From the IMG/VR virus record IMGVR_UViG_3300010373_001372, positions 1-54,406 of that record: a stretch of 54,406 nucleotides of DNA, one strand, 5' to 3'. This stretch comes from a virus. Lineage: Duplodnaviria; Caudoviricetes. Made by a program: the position numbers and the translations under genes. Positions 26,804-36,786 of this stretch are shown here, piece after piece (positions within the stretch are counted from its first letter, which is position 1; each line of letters begins with the position of its first letter). Below the pieces are notes generated by a model. That model had not been told where the DNA came from. It saw nothing but the letters and a program-made list of their open reading frames with translations, and did no database searches.

Positions 26804-26898
26804 TGTGGGCCCCCAACTCTCGACCGTTCCTAGATAGGCCACCCTTGTGAACCGCGCCACGGCCACGACGTCGTGCGCCAAGTCATGGACCAAATGTC

Positions 26899-28419
26899 AT
26901 GCCTGATCTCGATCTCATCCTGAGAACGCCTGGCCGTGTACTGATGCTCGAGCGGAGCGTCGCGGAGGCCATGATCGACCGTGCGTTCGAGGAGCGCCGT
27001 TCGGGCGGCGGCAACCTGCTGACGCGTGCCTTTTCGGCCCTGACGCATCGGCCGCGCGCCGAGACTGGCGATGACGACGACGCCGATCGGCAGGTTGACC
27101 GGTCGCGGCTTGCCACGGCCTCAGTTCCGTGGGCTGGCACGATCGAGTGGGCGGACGGCTACGCCATCGTCGACGGCGTCGCCGTCATCGACATCTGCGG
27201 CGTCCTGACGCCCGATGGCTATTACGACTGGTGGACCGACGCCTGGTATGGCGGCTACACCCAGATCGGCGCCGCTGTTGCGCTTGCCCGCGTCGATGAT
27301 CGCGTTCACGCGCTCTTTCTGCGCATCAATTCGCCCGGCGGCCTGGTCGACGGCTGCTTCGATCTCGCCGCCGACATCGCCGCCGGCAACGGCAAGTCCG
27401 CAGGCAAGCCGGTCTGGGCGTCGGTCCGCACCGCATGCTCGGCCGCCTATGCGCTCGCGAGTGCCGCTGACAGGATCCTTGCCGCTTCCGAAAGCGATGT
27501 CGGCTCCATCGGCGTCTACGTCCTTCACGTCGACGCGTCCGGCTGGCTGGCCGAGCATGGCGTCAAGATAGAAGCGATCCAGAATGGCGCCCGCAAGACG
27601 GACGGTCACGACTGGAAGCCGCTTTCGGACGATGCGCGTGCAAAATTGCAGTCGACCGTCGACCAGATCGGGCGCCGCTTCGCTGGTGTGGTGAATGCCG
27701 GCCGTGCCCTCTCGACGGCCACGATCGCAGGGCTTGAGGGCCAATGGTTCCTCGCCCAGCACGATGATCCGAAACAGTCGGGCCTCGCGCTCGGCCTGGT
27801 CGATGAAATCGCCACCGAGCAGGCTGCCTTTGCCGCCCTGCAGAAATCCCTGACCAGCTCCGGCGGCGCGTCGCCTGCTGCGCCAGGGTCAACCGACAAA
27901 ACGCGCGCTAACACGGAGACTGATATGCCACTCGCGGAACAGATCGCCGCCTTGCGTGCCAAGGCGGCCAACGGCGATACGGCGGCCCTTGCCGAACTCA
28001 AGAGCCTCGGCATTTCGGCCAAGGCCGAAGATGCGACGGACGACGACGCCGGCGATGATGACGAGACCGATGGCGACGGCAAGCAGAAGCCCGCCAACGA
28101 CGATGACGACGACGAGGATGGCGACGGCGAGCCCGAGGCGAACGCCACCGGAGCCGACGCCGGCTTTAAGCTGCTGAACGCCAAAGAGGCCAAGGGCCGC
28201 ACGGACCTCGCCAATCGCCTCGCCCGAAAGGTCGCCGATGGCAAGCTGACCTATGGCGAGGCCAAGGACATGCTGGCCTCTGCACCGAAGTCGCGCCCCC
28301 TGGCGGATGCCATGGCCAATCGCGACCGCAATCCTGGCAACGATGCCGGCGCAGGTCTCGCGCGAGGCGCCGGTCTCGGCGCCGCCATCGATCGGCTGGT
28401 TGCCAAGAAGCGCGCATAG
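26899..28419 (+). CDS. S49 capsid maturation protease with C-terminal scaffold
   Basis: INSPGG, ACSAAYALAS, GSIGV, GLVDEI. Confidence 0.92.
   Translation: MPDLDLILRTPGRVLMLERSVAEAMIDRAFEERRSGGGNLLTRAFSALTHRPRAETGDDDDADRQVDRSRLATASVPWAGTIEWADGYAIVDGVAVIDICGVLTPDGYYDWWTDAWYGGYTQIGAAVALARVDDRVHALFLRINSPGGLVDGCFDLAADIAAGNGKSAGKPVWASVRTACSAAYALASAADRILAASESDVGSIGVYVLHVDASGWLAEHGVKIEAIQNGARKTDGHDWKPLSDDARAKLQSTVDQIGRRFAGVVNAGRALSTATIAGLEGQWFLAQHDDPKQSGLALGLVDEIATEQAAFAALQKSLTSSGGASPAAPGSTDKTRANTETDMPLAEQIAALRAKAANGDTAALAELKSLGISAKAEDATDDDAGDDDETDGDGKQKPANDDDDDEDGDGEPEANATGADAGFKLLNAKEAKGRTDLANRLARKVADGKLTYGEAKDMLASAPKSRPLADAMANRDRNPGNDAGAGLARGAGLGAAIDRLVAKKRA
27925..28419 (+). CDS. Nested in-frame scaffold protein (Nu3-like)
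   Basis: Internal GGAG RBS (27915-27918) before in-frame ATG; acidic low-complexity product. Confidence 0.6.
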   Translation: MPLAEQIAALRAKAANGDTAALAELKSLGISAKAEDATDDDAGDDDETDGDGKQKPANDDDDDEDGDGEPEANATGADAGFKLLNAKEAKGRTDLANRLARKVADGKLTYGEAKDMLASAPKSRPLADAMANRDRNPGNDAGAGLARGAGLGAAIDRLVAKKRA

Positions 28420-28447
28420 CGAGCGAAATTCCTGTCCGCCAGTCCAG

Positions 28448-28479
28448 CCGCCCGGTCACTCGCCGGGCGGTTCTTTTTT
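28448..28479 (+). terminator. Intrinsic terminator-like hairpin
   Basis: CCGCCCGG-loop-CCGGGCGG followed by TTCTTTTTT. Confidence 0.65.
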
Positions 28480-28520
28480 GTCCCAGCACTTTCCCGCAAC
28501 CCAGCTGAAGGAGAGCGTCA

Positions 28521-29201
28521 ATGCTCACCAGGTCCTTTTCGGTCGGCAAGCCCAAGCTTCAGACCGCTCTTCTCAAATATGAACTCTTCCCCGACTTCAA
28601 CCGCGAGCAGCTGACCCTGCTGGCGGGCAGCGGCGCCGAACGCATCATCGAGCTTGGCACCATTCTCGGGCTCTCGACCACAACCGCCGTGTCGGTTGCC
28701 GCCAAAGCCGGCAACACGGGCAACGGCGTCTTCACCCTCGCTAATCCAGCGATCGCAGCGGGCACGCTTCCAGGTGTCTACGAGGTCGTCTGCATCGAAC
28801 CTGCGGCGAATGCCGGTACCTTCGAGGTGTTTGATCCCAACGGCGTCGCCATCGGCACTGCGGTCGTGGCGGTCGCCTTTACCGGCGCGCTGAAATTCAC
28901 GATCGCCGATGGTGCTGCCGACTTCGTCGCCGGCGACGCGTTCTTCGTCACCGTGCCGGTCGGCGCCAAGGCGAAGGCCTGGGACCCGACCGCCCTCGAC
29001 GGCAGTGCGCTTGTCGACAGCATCGCGCTCGCCAAGGGCATCGCGGCGGACGGCACGGATAGCACCATTCTCGCGCTGTCCCGCGGCCCGGCGATCATCG
29101 CGCTCGATGGCATCGAATGGCCGGACGGCGTGACGGACCCCCAGAAGGCGGCTGCGCTCGCCGCCCTCGCACTCAAGGGCATCATCGCCCGCCCGAGCTA
29201 G
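28521..29201 (+). CDS. Head decoration protein
   Basis: AAKAGNTGNG, FTIADGAADFVAGD, AALAALALKGII; between protease and capsid. Confidence 0.85.
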   Translation: MLTRSFSVGKPKLQTALLKYELFPDFNREQLTLLAGSGAERIIELGTILGLSTTTAVSVAAKAGNTGNGVFTLANPAIAAGTLPGVYEVVCIEPAANAGTFEVFDPNGVAIGTAVVAVAFTGALKFTIADGAADFVAGDAFFVTVPVGAKAKAWDPTALDGSALVDSIALAKGIAADGTDSTILALSRGPAIIALDGIEWPDGVTDPQKAAALAALALKGIIARPS

Positions 29202-29212
29202 GCCCTCCACTC

Positions 29213-29240
29213 CGGCAAGCTGCAAATTTGCAGCTTGCCG
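29213..29240. repeat. Palindrome copy 3, perfect 28-bp inverted repeat
   Basis: CGGCAAGCTGCAAA|TTTGCAGCTTGCCG, intergenic before the capsid gene. Confidence 0.8.
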
Positions 29241-29279
29241 CCCAATCGCATCCCTTGAAACCCATTCTGGAGGCGGTCC

Positions 29280-30329
29280 ATGGACCCCGAAGATTTCGTA
29301 TTCCCGTATACGGCGACTGATCTCACCGAGCAGATCAATCGTATTCCCAATTCCTATGGCCTGCTTCGCGCCATGGGTCTGTTCGGTGACGGCACGCCCG
29401 TCGTTTCGACCACCGTCGAAATCCGCATCGAAGATGGCGTGCTGCGCGTGCTGCCCGCCAAGGAACGCGGCGCGCCCGGCACGGTCGGTCAGCGCGAGAC
29501 GGGCACCAGCATCTTCCTCAGCGTGCCGCACTTCCCCTCGCTCGATCTCATCACGCCGCAGGACATCCAGAACATGATGATCGTCATCGCGCGCACCAAG
29601 CGCCCGGCGACGGTCGAAGACGAGCTGGCGAAACGGCTGCTCAACATCCGCCGCAACCACGACATCACCCTCGAATATCTGCGGATGGGCGCGCTCAAGG
29701 GCCTGATCCTCGACGGTGACGGCACGACCCTTTACGACCTCTACGACGTCTTCGGCATCAACAAGGTCACGGTCGATTTCGCGCTCGGCACCGATGATAC
29801 CGACGTCATCGCCAAGTGCGACCAAGTCTATCATTCGATCGCCGACAACCTGAAGGGCGAGACAATGACCGGCGTCGAAGTGCTGGTCGACGGCGGGTTC
29901 TTCAACAGGCTGATCCAGCATCCCAATGTCGAGAAATACTGGACCAGCAATCAGCTCGGCGTCGCCGAGTTTGCGAAGATGCGCCGCGCAGAGTTGGGGC
30001 AGAGCTGGGGTCGCACTTTCGAGTTCCAGCAGATCATCTGGACCGAGTATCGCGGCTCGGCGCCGGTCAAGGCTGCCGGCGCCGCGACTAGCGTGCCCTT
30101 CATTGCGGCCAATTACGGCCACGCCTATCCGACCGGGACCCAGAACGCGTTCGAGACGTTCTTCGCGCCTGCCGACGATATCCGCTTCGTCAATACGCCG
30201 GGCGAAAACATCTATATTTCGCCCGAAATCCTGAAGCACGGCGAGGGTATCGAGCTGAAAAGCCAGTCCAACCCGCTGCCGATCGTCAAGCGGCCCGAGC
30301 TGCTGGTCGAAATCCACACCTCGAACTGA
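29280..30329 (+). CDS. Major capsid protein (lambda gpE family)
   Basis: LTEQINRIP, TLEYLRMGALKG, FAPAD, QSNPLP..RP; GGAGG RBS. Confidence 0.93.
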   Translation: MDPEDFVFPYTATDLTEQINRIPNSYGLLRAMGLFGDGTPVVSTTVEIRIEDGVLRVLPAKERGAPGTVGQRETGTSIFLSVPHFPSLDLITPQDIQNMMIVIARTKRPATVEDELAKRLLNIRRNHDITLEYLRMGALKGLILDGDGTTLYDLYDVFGINKVTVDFALGTDDTDVIAKCDQVYHSIADNLKGETMTGVEVLVDGGFFNRLIQHPNVEKYWTSNQLGVAEFAKMRRAELGQSWGRTFEFQQIIWTEYRGSAPVKAAGAATSVPFIAANYGHAYPTGTQNAFETFFAPADDIRFVNTPGENIYISPEILKHGEGIELKSQSNPLPIVKRPELLVEIHTSN

Positions 30330-30436
30330 CCCCCCTCAACAGCGGCCCGGCATTCAACAGCTGGGCCGTTGTCGTTCCACCTGACCGTGACTTCACACGG
30401 TTGGATGCAACGGCAACTCTCCGAAAGGAACACGAC

Positions 30437-30712
30437 ATGGTCACCACCCCGACATCGCCCCCGCGCGGCAAGGGCAACGCCCGCAAGACGCCTCTGAGCC
30501 AGGCAGCCGCCAGCGAAGGAGAGGGCGGCGAAGCGGCCGATCAGACGGATAGTCAGTCTTCGGACACCGGCGCCCAGCGCAGCGTCGTGCTCAACATCGA
30601 TACCGAGTACGGCGACGCAGGCGAGTTGGTGCGTGTTCCCGCTGCCGGCGCGGAACTTCTGCTGAAGCGGGAAGCCGCCCGGCCCGCCACCAAGGCAGAT
30701 TTCGGGTTCTAG
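30437..30712 (+). CDS. Hypothetical protein (gpFI position)
   Basis: AAGGA RBS; follows the capsid gene. Confidence 0.6.
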   Translation: MVTTPTSPPRGKGNARKTPLSQAAASEGEGGEAADQTDSQSSDTGAQRSVVLNIDTEYGDAGELVRVPAAGAELLLKREAARPATKADFGF

Positions 30713-30713
30713 C

Positions 30714-31034
30714 ATGCGTAAGGAACTGGTCGCGGCGGCGCTTGAAGACATCCGGGGGCAGCTCTTCTCGGATGTGGTCTATACGCCGCTCGGCGGCCAG
30801 CCGGTGACGATCCTCAATGCGATCTACGGCGTCGAGGTCGCGACGGAAGATCAGGACTATTTCGGGCATCCAGTCCGCAATGGCACGCACGTTGCCTACG
30901 CGCCGATCGCGCTCTTTCCCAGCTTGGCCAAAGGCGATCTCATCGAAGAGAGCGCCGTCAGCTACCGGGTCGTCGACTGCAAACCCTGGGGCGACGGCCG
31001 GCTCGAATGGGCGATCAGCCTCGTGAAGGCATAG
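30714..31034 (+). CDS. Head-tail joining protein (gpFII-like)
   Basis: 106 aa beta-rich, KGDLI..YRV pattern; synteny. Confidence 0.7.
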   Translation: MRKELVAAALEDIRGQLFSDVVYTPLGGQPVTILNAIYGVEVATEDQDYFGHPVRNGTHVAYAPIALFPSLAKGDLIEESAVSYRVVDCKPWGDGRLEWAISLVKA

Positions 31035-31098
31035 ATCGCCCCTCGCTCTGCCCGCCGGTTCCTTCGGCCCCGGCGTTCAACCGCTTTGGGAACCCCGA

Positions 31099-31749
31099 AT
31101 GCCCACCAAACTGCAGCTTCGGGCGACCGTCTTCGGCGACCTGCCGGAGTTCATGAAGGAAGAGACGGCCCGCGGTGCTTCGGCCGTGAGCCGCGGCATC
31201 GACGTCACAACCATATCGCTGAAGGCGGCGCTTCGGGGTCAAATCGCCGCCGCGTTCGGCTCACAGCGCCTGGCGAATACCTGGCGGGCGGAAGAGTTTC
31301 CGAAGCTGCCAAAAACCAGCCTCGGCGCCGCGTCGGTCGTCTATTCGAAGGCCCCGCATATCATCGAAGCCTTCGAGCAGGCGACTGTCATCAAGAGCGC
31401 CAAAGGCTTCTGGCTCGCCATCCCGTCGCCCGATTGCCCCAAAGGGCCGGGGGGCAGCCGTCTGACGCCATCGACCTTTCCTGAAGACCGGTTCGGCAAG
31501 CTCCGTTTTGTCTATCGGCAGGGGAAGTCCTCGCTGCTGGTCGTTGACCAGGTGCGACGTGGAACCGGCAAGCGTGGCGGTATTCGCAAAGGCACCGCTG
31601 CCGCGATCAAGAAAGGCAGCACGGAGACCATCGTGATGTTCTTCCTCGTGCCGCAGGTACGCCTCAAGAAGCGCATCGATCCTCAGTCGGCTTACGCCAA
31701 GGCAGAGGATGATCTGTTGAACAATGTCATCGCGGCATGGAGTGAATGA
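31099..31749 (+). CDS. Neck/tail-completion protein (DUF6441-like)
   Basis: RLANTWR, YSKAPHII, WLAIP, LRFVYR, FFLVPQVRL. Confidence 0.75.
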   Translation: MPTKLQLRATVFGDLPEFMKEETARGASAVSRGIDVTTISLKAALRGQIAAAFGSQRLANTWRAEEFPKLPKTSLGAASVVYSKAPHIIEAFEQATVIKSAKGFWLAIPSPDCPKGPGGSRLTPSTFPEDRFGKLRFVYRQGKSSLLVVDQVRRGTGKRGGIRKGTAAAIKKGSTETIVMFFLVPQVRLKKRIDPQSAYAKAEDDLLNNVIAAWSE

Positions 31750-31752
31750 GCC

Positions 31753-32193
31753 TTGGCCACCAAGCGCGAACAGATCCTCGTGGCGCTGCATGCGGCGTTC
31801 GGGTCGCTGGCCGGCACGGCAGTGACGCGCAACGCGCCCCTTACCGATTTCGACGCGGCAGGAAACTCCTTCGCCAACCTGATCGACGGGACGAGTGGGC
31901 AGACGGAAGCTTTCATCAATCCGCCGATGTACGAATTCACCATGACGCCGGCCCTCATCCTGATGGTCAAGGGCGATGATGCTGCCGCTCCGGACGCCGC
32001 GCTCGACGCGATGATCGAAGCCGCCGACGCCGCAATGACAGCGGCGCTGGCTGACGGCCTCGGGGGGCTCGTCACCGATATCCGCGTGCAGCCTGCCGAT
32101 TATGCGCCGGAAGCGCTCTGGGGCGCCGCCGATATGAAGGGCGCCGAGCTGCCCATCGAACTCGACTACTGGTCAACCTCAAGCCTCGGTTGA
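31753..32193 (+). CDS. Tail terminator-like protein
   Basis: MATKREQIL..LGGLV..; acidic; precedes the tail tube. Confidence 0.7.
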   Translation: MATKREQILVALHAAFGSLAGTAVTRNAPLTDFDAAGNSFANLIDGTSGQTEAFINPPMYEFTMTPALILMVKGDDAAAPDAALDAMIEAADAAMTAALADGLGGLVTDIRVQPADYAPEALWGAADMKGAELPIELDYWSTSSLG

Positions 32194-32217
32194 GGCTGCA
32201 AACCAAGGAACATCGCC

Positions 32218-33207
32218 ATGGCCAAGCCTCGCGCGACAGGCGCCGATGCCATTCTGCTCATCGCCAAGGAAACTACTTACGGCACGGCGCCGGATGGCAC
32301 CGCAGGCGGCGTCTACACGCGCCCGCTGATGAAGTCGGACGAACTCGACGGCAGCCAGGACCTCGAGGATGATCCGCTCTGGAATAACAGCCAGCCCGAC
32401 GATACTGACCCGTCGCTGGGTGCCTTCGATGCGAGCGGCAATCTGGTTGTGCCGATGTGCTCGCGCGCTGTTGGCCTCTGGCTCACGGTGGCGCTCGGCA
32501 CCGAACCTGCCGGTCCGACGGACAACGGGGACGGCACCTTTACTCACGCCTGGCGCTCCGGTCTCGATCTCAATTCCTACACCGTGCAGCGCGTCCATCC
32601 GAAGCTGACGACACCCAAGGCGCGGACCTCGAAAGGGGCCAAGGCAGGCGGCTTTTCCTTCCCGATGTCGCGCACCGGCCGTGCTCAGCTCACCATCCCG
32701 ATGACCGCCCAGTCGAACGCCAAGGATACGCCGGCGACGGCTCGAGACGCCTCGCCGCTGACCTACGAATACCTGCCGTTCGACAACGCCACTGGGTCCA
32801 TCAAGATCGGCGGCGTGCTGCTCGCCAACGTCACCGGCGCGCAGATCAACTTCACCAACAACCTCGATCCTGTCGCGACCATCCGGCCGGATGGCGAGAT
32901 TGATGGTGCCGATGAAGGGGCGCGCCAGCTCAGCGGTACATTCGACCTGCGTTTCGGCACGGACCATACGGTAGACGATCTGGTCGACGCCAAGACGCCC
33001 GCTGTTGTCGAGTTCGCATTCAGCCTGCGCAGCGCGCCGACCTGGGTGCTGAAGTTCAGTCTGCCGCGCGTCTTTCTGGCCCTGGCCAAGAAGCCGATCA
33101 GTGGCCCTGGCGGCATCAACGCCACCACCAACTGGCGCGCCGCTTTCGACGCAGGCGCCGGCCACATGCTGGGCATCACGCTGCTCAACGACGTCGAGAG
33201 CTACTGA
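32218..33207 (+). CDS. Tail tube (major tail) protein
   Basis: ETTYGTAP, NNLDPV.TIR.DG, PISGPGGI. Confidence 0.88.
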   Translation: MAKPRATGADAILLIAKETTYGTAPDGTAGGVYTRPLMKSDELDGSQDLEDDPLWNNSQPDDTDPSLGAFDASGNLVVPMCSRAVGLWLTVALGTEPAGPTDNGDGTFTHAWRSGLDLNSYTVQRVHPKLTTPKARTSKGAKAGGFSFPMSRTGRAQLTIPMTAQSNAKDTPATARDASPLTYEYLPFDNATGSIKIGGVLLANVTGAQINFTNNLDPVATIRPDGEIDGADEGARQLSGTFDLRFGTDHTVDDLVDAKTPAVVEFAFSLRSAPTWVLKFSLPRVFLALAKKPISGPGGINATTNWRAAFDAGAGHMLGITLLNDVESY

Positions 33208-33629
33208 TGGCGATCAGGCTCAAGCTCAAACGCGAGCCGGAGTGGATCGAGCTGGGCAACGGCGTGGCGCTGCTCTGCAGCCCGCCCACAGCGATCGTCA
33301 CCTATACCGGCAGGGCGGAAGCGTTGGCGCTTGTTGTCGCGCTCAAGGAAGGCGGCGAAGCGGTCACCAAGGTCGGCGGCCGGATATCCGGCCTGCCCGA
33401 TCTCGGCGACCTCGAAAAGTCGACCGCGCTTTACAACTCGCTCTTCACCGTCAGCGTCGCTGAGCTGGCCGCGTCGGACTGGCGGGGTGTGAACGACCAG
33501 GATGGCGCGCCGCTCGCCTTCGACGGGAAACTGCTCGCCGTGCTGTTTCAGGATGGCGCGATCTCGGAAGCCTTCCGGCAGAACTACTTCCGGCCGCTCA
33601 ATGAAGTGGAATCGGAGGGAAACGTCTAA
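33207..33629 (+). CDS. Tail assembly chaperone (gpG-like)
   Basis: Between tube and tape measure; ends EGNV over slippery G GGA AAC. Confidence 0.8.
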   Translation: MAIRLKLKREPEWIELGNGVALLCSPPTAIVTYTGRAEALALVVALKEGGEAVTKVGGRISGLPDLGDLEKSTALYNSLFTVSVAELAASDWRGVNDQDGAPLAFDGKLLAVLFQDGAISEAFRQNYFRPLNEVESEGNV

Positions 33630-33994
33630 CGGCCCTTGCTGAATGGCACTTCAGCGAGAATTTCGGCCGTAAATATTGCGAGGGCTGCGAAATGGTCGGC
33701 ACGCCCTGTGCCACCACGCATCCCCGCGAGTGCCCTTACAACGAACACGCACCCCTCACTGTCGATGGGCGCGCCGCCTGGGGAGTCTTCTGTGCCCCGC
33801 CGATCCGCCTGACCTATGCCGGGTTCGGCGGCTGCACCGGCGTCGATAGCAGCCGTGCCGAGCGCCGGCTGATCGCCGCCGGCATCGAACCAGAAATCGC
33901 CGAAGACCTGCTCGCCGCCTGTGAGACCGGGCTGCTGGCGGCGTTCGCCGATGACCGAAAGAGAAAGCAAGCCGAGGATGACCGACAAGACTAA
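33617..33994 (+). CDS. -1 frameshift extension of the tail chaperone (gpGT-like)
   Basis: GGGAAAC at 33617-33623; the -1 frame is open (RLTALAEWHF..YCEGC..CPY) to 33994. Confidence 0.8.
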   Translation, partial: GKRLTALAEWHFSENFGRKYCEGCEMVGTPCATTHPRECPYNEHAPLTVDGRAAWGVFCAPPIRLTYAGFGGCTGVDSSRAERRLIAAGIEPEIAEDLLAACETGLLAAFADDRKRKQAEDDRQD

Positions 33995-35927
33995 GGAAGT
34001 CGGCATCCGTCTCTCGGTCAAGGACGCCGACATTGCCAAGGCGGCGCTCGCGCAGTTTGGGTCGGATGGCGCCGCAGCCCTGAAGCGTATCGAGGCGGCC
34101 GGCACGCCGGCGTCGACGTCGCTCCTTGCCCTCAGCGGCGCGATCGATGCCAGCAAGGAAAAGGGCACCGATTTCTTCAAGGCCATGGCGCTCAGTTCGC
34201 TGGGCGGCGTCGCGGCCTTCATCGGCATCGAAGGCGCGATCGAGGGTGTCCGCTCGTCGCTCGAAAAGCTGTCCAGCATCAAGGATGCAGCCGAAGCGGC
34301 CGGCCTCGATCCGGAATTTCTGCAAAGCGTCGCACGGCAGGCCGAACTGGTCGGCGTCAAGTTCGACGAAACCTCGCAGGCACTCGCCGGCTTCAACAAG
34401 AATTCGGGTGATGCCGCCAATGGCATCGGCCGCATGTATTCGCAGCTCAAGACGCTCGATCCCGAACTGCTTAAGCAAATCCAGACGGCCACCTCCCAGG
34501 AAGAGCGCGTCAAGCTCGTGGCCGACGCCATCCAGAACCAGACGGACGTGTCGAAGGCTGCGGCGATCGCGACGGCCGCCTTCGGCAATGAAGTCGGCAG
34601 CAAGCTTGTCGGCGTGCTCAAGCAGGGCAAGGACGGTATCGACGCTAATACGGCCTCGCTCAAGGCCATGGGGCAGATTATCGGTGATGATGTTGTCGAC
34701 CAGGGCGCGGAGCTGAACAACCAGTTCACCGCCATCAGCGAGACGCTCGAAAACAAGTTCACCGTCATCCTGGTAAAGCTCGGCCCGCTGCTGACCTCAA
34801 CCGCGTCGCTCCTGGCGACGATCGCAGGCTGGGTTTCTCAGACGGTCGACGCCTTCACCGGACTGTCGCTCGATGACATGCGGCAGCAGCTCGGAACGCT
34901 CGACAAGCTGATCGCCGAGGCGAAAACGCCCGGCACGATCCAGAGCATGATCTATGGCGGCAATGGTCTCGACGGCACGTCGCGTCTCGGCGCCCTGCAG
35001 GCCCAGCGCGATGCTCTCGCGTCGACGATGGCGACCTTCGAAAAGGACCACCCAGCGCCGACGCCGCCCAAAACCGGCACCGGCGGCGGCATTAGCGATC
35101 CGCAGGCGGAAAAGAAGATCGACGCCGTCAACAAGTCGCTCGACCTGCAGATCAACAACCTCGGCGAAACCAACCGCCAGCAGGAGATCAACAACGAGCT
35201 GTCGAAGGCCGGCACGACCATCGATACAAGGGCCGGGAAGGCTATCGCCGATAAGGCCGGCCAGTTCTATGACGAGAAGCAGGCGATCGACGAAGCCAAC
35301 CAGGCCGCCGGATTTCTGGCGCAGACCACGGAATCCGCCTTCGAAAGCGTGGTGGACGGCAGCAGTTCTGCCGCCGATGCGATTGGCAACATCACTAAGG
35401 CACTCGAAGCGGCCGTGCTGCAGGCGGCGCTGCTCGGCACAGGGCCGCTCGGCAACATTTTCGGTAGCGCACCAACCACCTCCGGCGGCACGGGCGGCAT
35501 CCTCGGCAGCCTTCTGTCTGGCTTCGGACTGGGGACGAACGCCAAGGGTGGCGTCTACACCTCGGCCGACCTCAGCGCCTACAGCAATAGCGTTGTCGAT
35601 CGGCCGACACTGTTCCGCTTCGCCAAGGGCGGCGTGATGGGCGAGGCCGGCCCTGAGGCCATTATGCCCCTGACGCGCGGCGCCGACGGCAAGCTCGGCG
35701 TCTATGCAGGCGGCGGCGGCCAGGTGGTCAACAACTTCAATGTGGTCAACCAGTCGGGCGCATCCGTGCAAACCAGCAAACGGCAGAACGCCTCGGGCGG
35801 CATCGATTTCGAGGCGGTCATCACCGACCTTGTCGCCAGCAAGATCGCCAAGCCGGGAAACTCCATCAACCGGGCACTTCGCGTCGGCATGGGTAACCGG
35901 CAGCAGTTGACGAGGCGCGGCTCATGA
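33978..35927 (+). CDS. Tape measure protein
   Basis: Ala-rich helical 649 aa; C-terminal AKGGVMGEAGPEAIMPL. Confidence 0.9.
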   Translation: MTDKTKEVGIRLSVKDADIAKAALAQFGSDGAAALKRIEAAGTPASTSLLALSGAIDASKEKGTDFFKAMALSSLGGVAAFIGIEGAIEGVRSSLEKLSSIKDAAEAAGLDPEFLQSVARQAELVGVKFDETSQALAGFNKNSGDAANGIGRMYSQLKTLDPELLKQIQTATSQEERVKLVADAIQNQTDVSKAAAIATAAFGNEVGSKLVGVLKQGKDGIDANTASLKAMGQIIGDDVVDQGAELNNQFTAISETLENKFTVILVKLGPLLTSTASLLATIAGWVSQTVDAFTGLSLDDMRQQLGTLDKLIAEAKTPGTIQSMIYGGNGLDGTSRLGALQAQRDALASTMATFEKDHPAPTPPKTGTGGGISDPQAEKKIDAVNKSLDLQINNLGETNRQQEINNELSKAGTTIDTRAGKAIADKAGQFYDEKQAIDEANQAAGFLAQTTESAFESVVDGSSSAADAIGNITKALEAAVLQAALLGTGPLGNIFGSAPTTSGGTGGILGSLLSGFGLGTNAKGGVYTSADLSAYSNSVVDRPTLFRFAKGGVMGEAGPEAIMPLTRGADGKLGVYAGGGGQVVNNFNVVNQSGASVQTSKRQNASGGIDFEAVITDLVASKIAKPGNSINRALRVGMGNRQQLTRRGS

Positions 35928-36283
35928 CCGTTCCGACCTGGCCGGATACCCTACCGCAGCGGTTCCTTGTCAATGGCAACCAAGAGGCGACCGGCGACGG
36001 CCGCCTGCGCAGTCCGACCGATACCGGCCCCGGCAAAGTCCGCCGCCGGTCGAGTGCCGTGGTCAACCCGCTCGGCGGCACGCTGCGCATGAACGCGGCG
36101 CAGCTCGCCATCTTCGATGGCTTCATCCACAGCGACATTGCCGGCGGCAGCCTGCCGTTCAACTTCCCGGCGCCTTACGGCGCAGGCACCTGGCTCGTGC
36201 AGATCGGCGATACGATGCCAAGCCGCGCCAATGTCGGCGGCGACAGATGGAACGTGACGTTGGCGCTTGAGGTGCTGCCGTGA
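35924..36283 (+). CDS. Distal/minor tail protein
   Basis: WPDTLPQ, DTGPGKVRRR, GSLPF; follows the tape measure. Confidence 0.8.
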   Translation: MTVPTWPDTLPQRFLVNGNQEATGDGRLRSPTDTGPGKVRRRSSAVVNPLGGTLRMNAAQLAIFDGFIHSDIAGGSLPFNFPAPYGAGTWLVQIGDTMPSRANVGGDRWNVTLALEVLP

Positions 36284-36783
36284 GCCGCACGGTCTCGCTC
36301 ACCGCCCGCACCTCGGTCAACGCCGAGCAGACCGGCGAGGTCTGGGTATTCCTCCTCACCATCACGCACGAGACGCTTGAAGAGCCGCTACGGTTTTCGA
36401 GCGACCCGACAACGCGTGTGTCGGAGGAGCCGCTGACCTATGGCACTGTCAGCCGCGGCGATACCTACGAGTTCCTGCCGCTCGACCTGGTCATGCCTGA
36501 CGACAGCGATGCGACGCCGCCGGCGATCAAGCTGTCGCTCGACAATATCCTGCGCACCACGGTGCCGCTGCTGCGCTCGATATCGACGCCGGCGAGCGTT
36601 ACCACCGAACTGGTGCTGGCCTCCGACCCCGATACCGTCGAGGTCGGCTATCCGGCGTTTAACCTGACCAATGCCGACTATGACTCCGGTACGGTCACGG
36701 TCGATTTGACCATGGACGCCCTCGCCACCGAGCCGTTTCCGGCCGGCACGTTCACACCCTCGGGGTTCGGCGGGCTGTTCTGA
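36280..36783 (+). CDS. Minor tail protein (DUF1833-like)
   Basis: LLTITH, LSLDN, PDTVE, EPFP..FTPS.F.GLF. Confidence 0.8.
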   Translation: MSRTVSLTARTSVNAEQTGEVWVFLLTITHETLEEPLRFSSDPTTRVSEEPLTYGTVSRGDTYEFLPLDLVMPDDSDATPPAIKLSLDNILRTTVPLLRSISTPASVTTELVLASDPDTVEVGYPAFNLTNADYDSGTVTVDLTMDALATEPFPAGTFTPSGFGGLF

Positions 36784-36786
36784 TCG

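Noticed and set aside
27639-27650. TGCAAAATTGCA as a fourth palindrome copy
   Set aside because: Core mismatch and no flanking CAA/TTG; likely chance
28518-30317. 599-aa antisense ORF
   Set aside because: Mirror of the decoration and capsid genes
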